Part shown: one piece after another, positions 36,107-48,039 of the stretch
Position numbering within the stretch: the first letter of the stretch is position 1
How the letters are laid out: each line of letters starts with the position of its first letter
NCBI RefSeq assembly: GCF_006345805.1
Contig: NC_043002.1
Coordinates: 9,238,001-9,302,000 of the forward strand
Length of the DNA: 64,000 nt
DNA from: Octopus sinensis
Lineage: Eukaryota
Reading direction: 5' to 3'
Position numbers and translations under genes: made by a program
Notes under the pieces: generated by a model
What the model saw: only the letters and a program-made list of their open reading frames with translations
The model's database searches: none
What the model was told of the DNA's origin: nothing

Positions 36107-37959
36107 AACAAATCACATCTTTTCACTTTGTTACTGAAAGAGACTGTAAAATAAATTATTTCTTATATTGACACAAGACCACAAATATATACAGTCAAAG
36201 TATAGACAATTAGGAGCATTGATTTCTTCAGTATTTGAACAATACTGGTTTTATCGATGACTCTGGAGAAATATATATATATATATATGTATTAGAAATA
36301 TGTTACAAAAAGAAAATAGAAAATACACGTGGAAATGTAAAGGGAAAGTAAGAAAAATCAACGAAAATGCACATTGGAAATAAAAAAAGAAAAGGCTTTT
36401 TATGAAAGGTAACGACAGATATATACATTTAGATGGACTGAGTAATAAAAGTAATAAAATTGTATATATATGTATATACAAACGGGTGTGTGTATCACAG
36501 TCTCCTTGCTCTGACATCATGTTGTAGATGTAGACGAGAATGTCTCTGCTATGCAAGCAATGTCTTTCATTCAAAATCTGTGAAAACACATTTGGTCGAG
36601 AGGAAGTATGACCTTACTTGCAAACAAGTGATGGTTGGCAACAGGAAGAGCATCTGGCTGCAAAATTCTACCTTAACAAAATTCCATCCAATACGTATGA
36701 GCAGAGAAAAGTGGACAGCAAAACAAGGCTGAACATTGTATATATTCATGATATGAACAAGGTATGTATTGCAAGGTATGTATAAGGCGGCGAGCTGGCA
36801 GAAACGTTAGCACGCCAGGTGAAATGCTTTGCGGTATTTCGTCTGCCGTTACGTTCTGAGTTCAAATTCCACCGAGGTCAACTTTGCCTTTCATCTTTTC
36901 GGGATCAATAAATTAAGTACCAGTTACGTACTGGGGTCGATGTAATCGACTTAATCCATTTGTCTGTCCTTGTTTGTCCTCTCTGTGTTTAGCCCATTGT
37001 GGGTAGTACAGAAATAGGTATGTATTGCAAGGTTTTGAGGAGGAGGGTAGAACCATCTCTTAGCCACTATTGTTACCAGATCAATTCTAACTCAGAGTAG
37101 TAGCAACTGTTAGGGTCCCAGCCATGGGTCGATTAGCATGTGAACCACTAGGAGTGAAAAACTCCTAGTTTTCATTAGAACTTCCTTTCTAGAAGGTAAA
37201 CTCACATCAAAAAACCTAAAACACAGTTGGTTTCTGGTTGTCTCAACCTCTGTTATGCCACTGGTTCTACAGCTTATTGCACCAAAAAGTGGGTTCAGTG
37301 CTGACAACACTTTATCCACTTAAAACAAATTCAAACACAGGAACTTCTTGGACTCAGAATGTTTGTATGGATTTAATGGATGGAAGCACTCTGTCAGTTA
37401 CGACGACGAGGGTTCCGGTTGATCCGATCAAAGGAACAGCCAGCTCGTGAAATTAACGTGTAAGTGGCTGAGCACCCCAAGGACACGTGCACCCTTAACG
37501 TAGTTCTCGGGGATATTCAGCGTGACACAGAGAGTGACAAGGCCGGCCCTTTGAAATACAGGTACAACAGAAACAGGAAGTAAGAGTGAGAGAAAGTTGT
37601 GGTGAAAGAGTACAGCAGGGATCACCACTATCCCCTGCCGGAGCCTCGTGGAGCTTTAGGTGTTTTCGCTCAATAAACACTCACAACGCCCGGTCTGGGA
37701 ATCGAAACCACGATCCTATGACCGCGAGTCCGCTGCCCTAACCACTGGGCCATTGCGCCTCCACATGTATGGATTTAATGAGTTTAAGAAGTGACCTTAC
37801 TTGGTCACAAGTGGAATTCCACCATGTTTGTTTGTATGTATGCATGTTCATGTGTGACTATATGACAGCAGGTATGCTAAAACTTAAAATTTACTGTCAG
37901 CCGTTCCCTTGTAATCTATATATATTGCAGGACACAGAAAGAGACAGAATCTCTTTGAC

Positions 37960-38199
37960 GTAGCATGGCAAAAGGGACAGACAGAGAATATAGAATGTTT
38001 GTTTAATTAATAAACATTTTACAAATGGAAAAAAACAAATGTTGGGAGATAATTAATAACAAAACAATAAGAATAGGATATAGTCTAACACATAACCTAG
38101 CAACCATCATCTCCTCAATTAACAATAGAAAACTGGACACCTTCTATCTAAGTAGAAAAAATAACAGAAGTAATACAAACATAAATAATAATAATAATA

Positions 38200-38258
<59 letters not shown>

Positions 38259-38790
38259 GAAACAGAGTGGTTGGTGATAACAATAATAATAATATTAATG
38301 ACAGCAACAATGGAAGTGTAAATAATAATAGTAAAAATACTAACATTAATGATCACAATAGTATTGGGATCAACAAAAGACACAGAACTAATAATATAAT
38401 AACTGTCAACCCCAATAACACAAACCCTACACAGCCACACAGAACATGTAATTGTAGAATAAGTAATAATTGTGTATTTAATAACTGCATTAGGAAGGAG
38501 GTAGTATGTATAGTTAGTAAGTACACAATATGACAGCAATGTATATGTGGGTGTGACAAAAAACAATATGAAACAGAGACTTAATTATCATAACTATACA
38601 TTTAGAAACAAAATAGGAGAAATTCTACATGGTTAAGTAGCTATATATGGGAACTTAAGGATGGGAGAATTAACTATAATTTAAATTGGAAAATATTAAC
38701 AACAGCACCTGCGTTCATCGTATAATACTAAAAATAGAAAATGTATGTTATGTATTAATGAAATTTTCATTATAATCAGGATTAAAATTC
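37960..38790 (+). mobile_element. Penelope-like element C-terminus (CNCR...GIY-YIG) containing an (AAT)n expansion
   Basis: IGYSLTHNLATIISSIN.RK, TCNCR...C, VYVGVTK...KQRLNYH, LSSYIWELK, WKI, C.LC.NE. Confidence 0.85.
38180..38260. repeat. (AAT)n microsatellite
   Basis: Directly visible. Confidence 0.97.
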
Positions 38791-39191
38791 CACTTCTTAA
38801 CAGCTTTAAGGAATGCAACATTTCCTGTCTTCATAAAATTGGGCACACCTTTTCCAAATACAACAAGAACCTAGTATTAAAATACCCCTACTGACATAAT
38901 AATAATTATTATTATTCGAATTATTATTGTTGTTATACTGTATTATATAATATGTGATAATTATGCAGGTATATATATAAAAGAGGGTATATATTGAGTT
39001 AGCTATAACTATATACATGTATATATGTGTGAGTATATATTACTATTGTTGCTACTTTTGTATTAATATATGTGGATATGTATGTATATATGTATCTATG
39101 TGCATGCACTTGTGTATATATACATTTATGTATGCACACACATATATGTTGGTTTAGGTTGGTATGTATATGTTTATGTTTTCTGCTGGTA

Positions 39192-40085
39192 CATCATCAT
39201 CATCATCATTGTTTAATATTCATTTTCCATGCTAGCATGGGTTGGACGGTTCGACCGGGGTCTGGGAAGCCAGGAGGCTGCACCAGGCTCCAGTCTGATC
39301 TGGCAGTGTTTCTACAGCTGGATGCCCTTCCTAACGCCAACCACTCTGTGAATGTAGTGGGTGCTTTTTACATGCCACCGGCACAGGTGCCAGAGGAGGT
39401 TGGCAAACAGCCACGATCGTTTGGTGCTTTTTACGTGTCACCTACACAGATGCCAGTCAGGTGTCACTGGCATCTGCCATGTTCAGATGATGCATTTTAC
39501 GTTCCACCGGCACGGATATCTTAATTACAATTTCCATTTGATTTATATTTTGATGTTAGTGTTGACGTACTTGACTCAATAGGTCTCAAGAACAGCGGGT
39601 CACTCTATGATCCAAGGTTAGCACAGCAGGCCATCCTGCGAGCCATGAACTCACTTCATTTGTCGGGTCTTCACAGTCCCAGGATATCTGAGGTCTTAGT
39701 CTTCATCATTTCCTCTGTGAGGCCCAACGTGCCACCAGCACGGGTATCACAACTACAATATCCATTCGATTTTTATTTTGATGTTGATGTACTTGACTCA
39801 ATAGGTCTCCTCAAGCACAGCAGGCTGTCCTGCAAGCCATGAACTCACTTCATTTGTCGGGTCTTTGAAGTCACAGCATATCTCCAGAGGTCTCGGTCTT
39901 TCGTCATTGCCTCTGTGAGGCCCAACGTACGAAGGTCATGCTTGACCACCTCATCCCATGTCTTCCTGGATCTACCTCTACCCCGGATTCCTTCAACAGT
40001 TTGGGAGTGGCACTTCTTTACACATCTCTCCTCATCCATCCGTAGTACATGACCATACCAACACAGACATCTCTCCTGCACGCCA
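39192..40085 (-). mobile_element. RTE ORF end plus duplicated 3' UTR and tail
   Basis: [18 protein letters not shown]...[13 protein letters not shown] followed by two UTR starts and a (GAT)n tail. Confidence 0.9.
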
Positions 40086-40087
40086 GA

Positions 40088-40575
40088 GTTCCATAAATTA
40101 TTGTTCAAAATATTTTGGTACATCTCTGCATTCATTCTACCATCTATCACATGTAAATTGCCAGTACCATTTGCAGAGAAACACCCCCACACCATGATGC
40201 TACCACCTCCAAACTTTACGGTAGGAATTATATTTTTTGGCAAATAGGCGGTATCTACGCAAATTTCGTCCAAACAATTCAATTTTCGACTCGTCTGTCT
40301 ATAGAACATTTTCCCAGAATGTATCAGATTTATCTTTATGTTCATAAACAAATATTAAACGGGCATGTCCATGCCTTTTAGTCAACAACAGAGTTTTTCT
40401 AGGAGAGTGTGACTTCAGTTCATTCCTTAGTTACTATAATTTATTAGTTTCTTTTGCCTATTCTTAGTTTATGCATGTTTATGCAAATATAGTATTGGTA
40501 TATCCCATTTATGTTCATTAGAAATTAAATAAATAAAGAATTTTGACATGTACGAATATTTATTCCCCCCCCCCA

Positions 40576-40578
<3 letters not shown>
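40088..40578 (-). mobile_element. Internally deleted Tc1 remnant
   Basis: [33 protein letters not shown] and the terminus TA|CAGTGGGGG...ATAAATATTCGTAC. Confidence 0.85.
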
Positions 40579-40657
<79 letters not shown>

Positions 40658-40687
40658 GCGAGAAAGAAGCAACAAGAATGGATAGGT

Positions 40688-40778
40688 TTTTAGTACGATC
40701 GTTTCATACAAGGACAGGTTTTATTAAAAGTTGCAAAGATTACAGCATATAAACGAGTCCCGTACTCATCAGCTAAAA
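40688..40778 (-). ncRNA. Type I hammerhead ribozyme fold (inverted copy of 42196-42285)
   Basis: The reverse complement reads TTTTAG-CTGATGA-GTACGGGAC...GTCCTTGTAT-GAAA-C-GATC-G-TA-CTAAAA. Confidence 0.85.
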
Positions 40779-42195
40779 TACATGTGAGATCTCTAGACAT
40801 CCTAGTGTTTGAGGCTATACTCATGAAGTAATGTAGATAATTAACATAAACAGATTTCTTATATCTGCATCAGTTTTTTGAGAACAGGGAAATGAATAGT
40901 ACTTATTCGCTACTTAATTGAGGCTTTATTTAATTTCAAACTCACAATTTTTAAATTCTTAATTTTAAATCTTATTTGTAATATTTAATTTTAATTCCTA
41001 ACTTAATCTAATTTAAGTAGCATAACTCTAATAAATTATAATGAGTTACTGTAGCCCCATAATTCTATTTCAGAATTAAATAAATAAGGCTATTCCCTCG
41101 GTGATAATATGATTATCTTCATTATGATAGACAATCCCCTAACACCTTGTAAATGATCTTATAAGATTGACCTGTAGTCAGTCAATGTATGAATAATAAC
41201 GACAACTCCTTAAGACAATAAAATGAATAAATTAAATAAGTAAATTTTTAATGACTTTTTGATAAGATTATACTTAGATTTTCCTAATGTATTTTCTGGT
41301 GATTTTAGCATCTGACCCCTTAACCCCTGACTGTGTTATCTCTTTAGATTCTCTTTAAACTCATAGCTGATTTCAACAGCAATAAATTAACGGTTTACTG
41401 GTCAAAGAATAATATTCTCCTCTAGTTCCTAGATGCCTGTTGATTAAAACCAGACTTGCAGTCTACTAACTCTTCTGTATAACTAGAACCTCTTTTTTTC
41501 TTTTTCTTTTTTCCCTTCTTTCCCTATTTCTTTCTCTTTTCTCTTTTTTCTTTTTCTTCTTCTTATTCTCTGTTTCCTTTTCTCTTCTCTTTTAGTCCCC
41601 CTTTCCCCCCCCCCTTTTTGCTCCCTCCTCCATTATTTTCTCTCTTTTCTTCTATTCCCTTCTCTATTCTTGGCCGCTCTAGAAAGCCCTTCAGCCTTTA
41701 AGAGTTAAATAGCTACAGCCTCTTGTGAATAGCAGTAATGTGATTAATGTGGCAATACCTAATCATATAACAAGGATTGATACCTACCTCATTGTGTTCA
41801 ACCATTGAAAAATTTATCGCCTGATATGATATGAAATTCATCTCCATTTCTCTGGAAATTTACATCTACACCATTGAAATTTGTGCATCTATACAAAGGA
41901 TTAATTCACCCTCTCTGTAATGCTAATAAGCAGGAATGAGACCCACCTCGTTGTAATTAACAATGGATAAATTTGTCTTCTGTGAGTATATAATCCCTAT
42001 CATATCTATGGAAATTCATATGGATTAGGTCACCTTCTCTGTGATGCTATCAAAACTTTTTTAAAATTCTGTGATAAGACTGTACATCATCTTTAAAGAA
42101 CTTTAATGAACTTTAGAAATCTGTTTATGTTAATTATCTACATTACTTCATGAGTATAGCCTCAAACACTAGGATGTCTAGAGATCTCACATGTA

Positions 42196-42285
42196 TTTTA
42201 GCTGATGAGTACGGGACTCGTTTATATGCTGTAATCTTTGCAACTTTAATAAAACCTGTCCTTGTATGAAACGATCGTACTAAAA
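42196..42285 (+). ncRNA. Type I hammerhead ribozyme fold with intact canonical core
   Basis: Stem I TTTTAG/CTAAAA, CTGATGA 42202-42208, stem II GTACGGGAC/GTCCTTGTAT, GAAA 42268-42271, palindromic stem III ACGATCGT, GUA 42277-42279. Confidence 0.88.
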
Positions 42286-44072
42286 ACCTATCCACCTTCT
42301 TGTTGCTTTCTCGCTTATAATCACCCCACATTACTGTATTGTTAAATCAGTATTAGTTTTTTTTGGTGCATCTAAGTTAGGTACCATATTCAAGTAATTC
42401 ATTTAAATTAACTTGAATTTATTGCCCTTTGTATATATATATATATGTACACATATATATATTATATATATATATACACATCAAGGGTAGGATAGAAAAG
42501 AACACAATAAGCAACATACAGAAAAATAGATGATAACATAAATGGGAAACTGGACAAAACAAGATACAAGGACCATTCACAGCCAATTTCCTCGTCAGTC
42601 AGTATCTAGAAAGTCATACCAGTTTTGTGCTTTTTTACTCCTCTTGAATCCAGCAAGCGAAAATCATTGAACTTATGGGAAAAGCAAATGAATGTATACA
42701 CATATATATATATGTATGTATGTGTGTGTGTGTTTATATTTTTCTCCTCCCCCACTTGACAACAAGTGTTGAGTTGTTTATGTTTCGGTAACTTAGCAGT
42801 TTGGCAAACAAGACTAATTGAAATAAGTACCAAACTTAAAAATTAAGTATTTTGATTGATTTGTTTGACTAAAATCTTCAAGCCATTGCCCCTGGGCTCT
42901 CCGTCGACAGACCTGTGATATCAAATAGTGTTCAACACTTATGGTACGCAAATTGGTAGTTGCAGTTCTTTGGAACTTCTAGACTTCATGGGTATTTAAA
43001 CAGTTTGACTGCTTGTTTCTCTAGAATTGATTAAATCATGTAGACACCCCTGATGAAACCCCAATAAAGGTCCAAAATCAATTAAGACTGTTCATCACTT
43101 TATTCAATCTATGAAAAAATAGGTAAATTTGCCATGTTTGTATGTCTACTACATAGGCTTACACACATATACACATACATACATACATGTACACAAGCAT
43201 TTTGTATTCATACACTTTTATATAGTGTGTATGTGCACATACACACACACACACACACACTATGCAATCACTTATTTGATAAAGAAAGGCATCAAAATTT
43301 AAAGACAAATGTGTATCCAAAGAATTACTAACCTGAAACCAATCAGTAATAGCAGTAATGTACACAGGTACTGAATCAGAGAGGAATTGATATGATAAGT
43401 TAAGGTGGCGAGCTGGCAGAAACGTTAGCACGCCGGGCGAAATGTGTAGCCGTATTTCGTCTGCCGTTACATTCTGGGTTCAAATTCCGCTGAGATTGAC
43501 TTTGCCTTTCATCCTTTCGGGGTCGATAAATTAAGTACCAGTTACACACTGGGGTCGATGTAATCAACTTAATCCGTTTGTCTGTCCTTGTTTGTCCCCT
43601 CTGTGTTTAGCCCCTTGTGGGTAGTAAAGAAATAGATATTATAAGTTAAGCCTGAACATTTTTGAAAGTAAATTTGATACCTTAGAATTACAATTTATAT
43701 ATTCTATGTGTGTATGTGTGTGCAAATATATATTGAAATGTATGTCTACGTGTAGTGAAGAAATGCATCCATATCCCTGTGAATATACACCCTTGAGTAA
43801 GTAATCTGAGAAAAATACTTCCGTGTAATCGCTTCAAAATCAACATTATTCCTACTGTGCATATGAGTAAATACATGCTAATCCTTAGTTAAACTTTAAT
43901 TTAGGCTACAAGCAGAGACTGTTTGATAAAGACATAAATCATAGAAACGAGTCTCTCTACAAATACTTGTCACTACTTGAAGAATGTGAAGAAATACACT
44001 TGCTTCGTTAAACTAAAAGAACAAACATATAACAATGTGGAAATGTTTAAGTAAAAGGTTTTCAATAAATAT

Positions 44073-44246
44073 TGTTGTATTTCGGAATGGTCCTTTTGCC
44101 AGTTTAGCCAATAAAAACACACGCACTATATATTTGGTGTTACTTTGCTTCAGTGTTATTTATTTTTTACATTAATCTTAATCTTATTTCGGCCAGAGTT
44201 CTTTCGTCACACTAAACTGGCAAAATGACCATTCCTAAATACAACA
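44073..44246. mobile_element. Small MITE with ~35-bp TIRs
   Basis: TGTTGTATTTCGGAATGGTCCTTTTGCCAGTTTAG / CTAAACTGGCAAAATGACCATTCCTAAATACAACA. Confidence 0.75.
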
Positions 44247-46674
44247 ACATCTGTTTCAACACACGATTTCACATCAAAAATCTTGCAAAACAAATATATA
44301 AACGTTTTCAATAAAAATATGGAGAAAGAGTTGCCTAAAAGAAACATTCTCATACAGATGTACACACAAATTACAATTAAATAATACTACGATGTTTCTA
44401 TAACCAAATTATTTTTTAATAAATTAATAAGAAGAGAAGTGGCTGTGTCCATTGACTTTTAGAAACTCTTCCAAACAGCTGATACAGAATCTCAACATCT
44501 GTAAGTTAATATCTGTAGGAATAAGATTGGCCATAGAAGAACGTTTGATGTTAAATCTGATTAACTCTTCAACTGAAATATACTGCCTTTGTTTCAATTA
44601 ATTTTAAAATCAAATTCGATGACTGGCGTCTGTGCTAGCGGGGTACAAAGAGCACCATACGAGTGTGATCATTGACAGAGCGGCTAACTGGCTTCCATGC
44701 CAGTGGCACTTAAAAGGCACCATTCGAGCGTGAGCGTTACCAGCGTCACACTACTGGCACTTGTGCCCCGTGCGAGTAGGGTATTAAGAGCACCATCTGA
44801 GCGTGATCATTGCCAGAGCGGCTATCTGGCCTCAGTGCCGGTGGCATGTAAAAGACATCATCCTAGTGTGATCGTTACCAGCATCGCCTTACTGACACCT
44901 GCGCCACTGGCATGCGTAAAAAAATTCAAGTGAGGTCGTTGCCAGTGCCACCTGACTGGCCCCGTGCCGGTGGCACGTAAAAGCACCCACTACACTCTTG
45001 GAGTAGTTGGCGTTAGGAAGGGCATCCAGCTGTAGAAACTCTGCCAGATCAAGATTGAAGCCTGGTGCAGCCATCTGGTTCGCCAGCCCTCAGTCAAACC
45101 GTCCAACCCATGCTAGCATGGAAAGTGGACGTTAAGGCTTATAAAAATTTTTTTAAACCCACTAGGCAGTGTCTCATATTTTTGTTTGCCCACTCAGTTG
45201 TATCTATCAATTTATCTTTGTGTGTGTGTGCACATACATATATATATATATATATCTAATATAGGATAAAAATTTTCGAAAACATTTTATCAATGGCCAG
45301 CATATTAAAAAAATACCTTTAAAGGTTAAATTTTATAAACAACTTATAAACAAGGGTAAAAGAAAAAAATCCAATGCCAAATATGCCGAAATATAAACTT
45401 ATTCGTCAATAACCATATAATTTATCGCTATAAGCACGTGTCTCGAAAGCAAGCCGATAGAAATTTCTAAAAAGATTTCGTTATTATCGATCGGTCCCAA
45501 TTTCTGAGTTAATTCATTTAGAATTTTCTCGTCATCAGCATTAAATACGATAAGGAAATAAATGAGATACTTACTTACATTACCTGACACCTTTGGGTCT
45601 TAATGACACCATTACCTCTTATAACCTATATATATATATATATATGTACATGCATACTGTATATATGTACATGCATATATGTACATGCATACTTCGATAT
45701 CTTATAGCTATACCCATGTGCGCGTGTGTCTCTGTGTGTGTATATGAGTGTATATGTGCACGCACATACGGACACACAGCCGTGTGTGCGTGCGCGTATT
45801 GACATGAGTACGGGATTCTTTACATACGTTCTTATACACATCCTTTAATATCTTATACCTGGACCTAGAGGCGTGGGCATATACGTGTGTGTATGTAGTG
45901 ATGGGCGCGCGTATATATATGTGAGCGTGTACGCGCGTAATGTCCGTGTATATATGCGGATATTCTGTTGTATGTATGTGTGTGTATGCGCGTGCGTGTG
46001 GGTGCGTGTGTGTTTATGTACGTGTTTACACGCGAGTGCGTGTGTATGCTTATAGGCTTGGAGGCGTATATGTACGCGTGTATGTGGGTGTATATATCCA
46101 TGATGATATGTATGTACTAGAAGTCCATTTAATTCAAGGAACCAGATTAAATGCTCATCAGCTCTGATTTACAACGCATTAAGTCCCCAGACGAAACTGT
46201 TGATGTACTGACAATTCTACAACTAAATTTTATCAATCTCCTGACCACCATGCTTGGTCCATAACCTCTATACATCCCTTATCTTTACATTCTTTTACAC
46301 TTTTATCATGTTTTTATCAGGTTTTTTTACTTTTATTTCTATTTCTATTTTTACTTTATATTTCTTTATACCCCCTTTACATCTACTTACAACCCTTTAT
46401 CCTCTACATTTTTATATTATTCTATACTTACACTTTTTATACATTTTTTATCCCTCGTCCCGAACTCTCGCCCCTCCATCTTCACCTCTATATATGTATT
46501 TATTTATTTACATTACCTCAACATCCAATTTTCCTCATTCTACATTGAGAGAAGAAAGAGATGGACGCTTCAACTCTATGCTGCTGCCGCATTATGTCAT
46601 ACGTGAATGAGAGGATTTGCATCCCCAACCAAGAATTTTTGATGTAACACATGTCCTTGTGGAAGCTGTTGTGC

Positions 46675-46752
46675 GCGGCTGAAGAAGGCCACAGACATAC
46701 ATTATGCATTGTTATAAATCTGTCTAATAAAGGCCCGAAACATATGTACCGC
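46675..46752 (+). ncRNA. Type I hammerhead ribozyme fold
   Basis: Stem I GCGG/CCGC, CTGAAGA 46679-46685, stem II (A)GGCC/GGCC(C) with an A.C mismatch at the base, GAAA 46737-46740, palindromic stem III ACATATGT, GUA 46746-46748. Confidence 0.8.
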
Positions 46753-46871
46753 TGAATCCTTCGCATCATGTTTTTATTTTATTTTGATCAATTTACTCCA
46801 CCACCTACACCACCAAACGGTATACACAGGTGCTTATAATTATCAAGTACTCACCCCGAATTTCTATACTC

Positions 46872-46944
<73 letters not shown>

Positions 46945-47180
46945 GGCATATAGAGAGGGTATTTTCCAATGAAGCACTGAACTGACATTCTGGGCTATCA
47001 ATTGTCAGATTCCAGACTAATACCAAAATTCCTCAGGTGTAGAAAATCCTTGTTTCATGATGTCAAAAACAATTGTGTGGGTTTAGCAAAGAGTAAAATA
47101 TAATCCAAATAATAAGACAAAGAAATACTTCAACATTAAAGTTGTGTTGAGGTATTTATTTGTCATATTTAGATTACATA

Positions 47181-47221
<41 letters not shown>

Positions 47222-48039
47222 CAGGTTGCTTTCAGTTTCCATCTACAAAATTCACTCAAAGGTTTTAGTCAATCCAGACCTATAGAAGACACTTGTCCAA
47301 GGTGTCATGTAGTGGGACTGAACCCAAAAACACATGGTTCAAAAGCAAACTTCTTAACCACACACCCATGCCTATACCTATACAGTAGATATGAATTGAT
47401 GAATTAGGTGTTGGTCATCAAATGCCTTACATTCTTTAGATAAGAAACAAATACAAATCTATTAACAAACATCAAAATCTTGTCTAGAATTTGTAAGTAA
47501 ATACAGGCAAACACCTGTGTTGTGTTGTAAAAAAGGCATAAAAATGTCAACTAAATTTCATTACCATTCTATTAATAAGAGAACAATGAAATGTCTCCAC
47601 TAGCAACAGTACAACAGAATTTATCTTCAATAAATATTCGTTCCTTTTGTTGTAATACAAGGCTAATTTTTTCTGGAGGAAAATGTAGTCAGGTTAATTG
47701 ATACTATTATATCTTTTATCTTTTATCTTTTACTTGTTTCAGTCATTTTGACTGCGGCCATGCTGGAGCACCACCTTTTAGTCGAGCAAATCGACCCCGG
47801 AACTTATTCTTTGTAAGCCCAGTACTTATTCTATCGGTCTCTTTTGCCGAACTGCTAAGTGACGGGGACGTAAACACACCAGCATCGGTTGTCAAGCAAT
47901 GCTAGGGGGTCAAACACAGACACACAAACATATATACACACACTTATATATATATATACATATATACGACAGGCTGATGGTATATACGACATATATACGA
48001 CATCACTGATGGTATGGCACCAAGCAACATGGTCAGCTA

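Larger units (their letters stand above)
40658..42314 (+). mobile_element. Penelope-like element with ~200-bp inverted terminal (pLTR-like) arms
   Basis: Arms 40658-40859 and 42115-42314 are nearly identical and each carries a hammerhead. The interior has decayed RT-like remnants (FNSNKL...FLD...VY) and a pyrimidine tract at ~41500-41670. Confidence 0.7.

Noticed and set aside
39845-40351. 168-aa ORF as a transposase-RTE fusion gene
   Set aside because: Chance in-frame junction of a deleted Tc1 remnant and an RTE tail. No splice or promoter support.
43040-43090. Hammerhead at CCCCTGATGAAACCCC
   Set aside because: No GAAA after the putative stem II. At most a decayed remnant.
45399-45590. 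63-aa - strand ORF and a possible hammerhead at its CTGATGA
   Set aside because: No usable splice sites or recognisable motif. Stems I and II pair poorly.
47430-47680. Two short - strand exon candidates (also 49960-50060, 51030-51088, 51790-51950)
   Set aside because: Phases do not chain, the implied intron is only ~50 nt, or stops intervene. Such short frames are expected by chance in AT-rich DNA.
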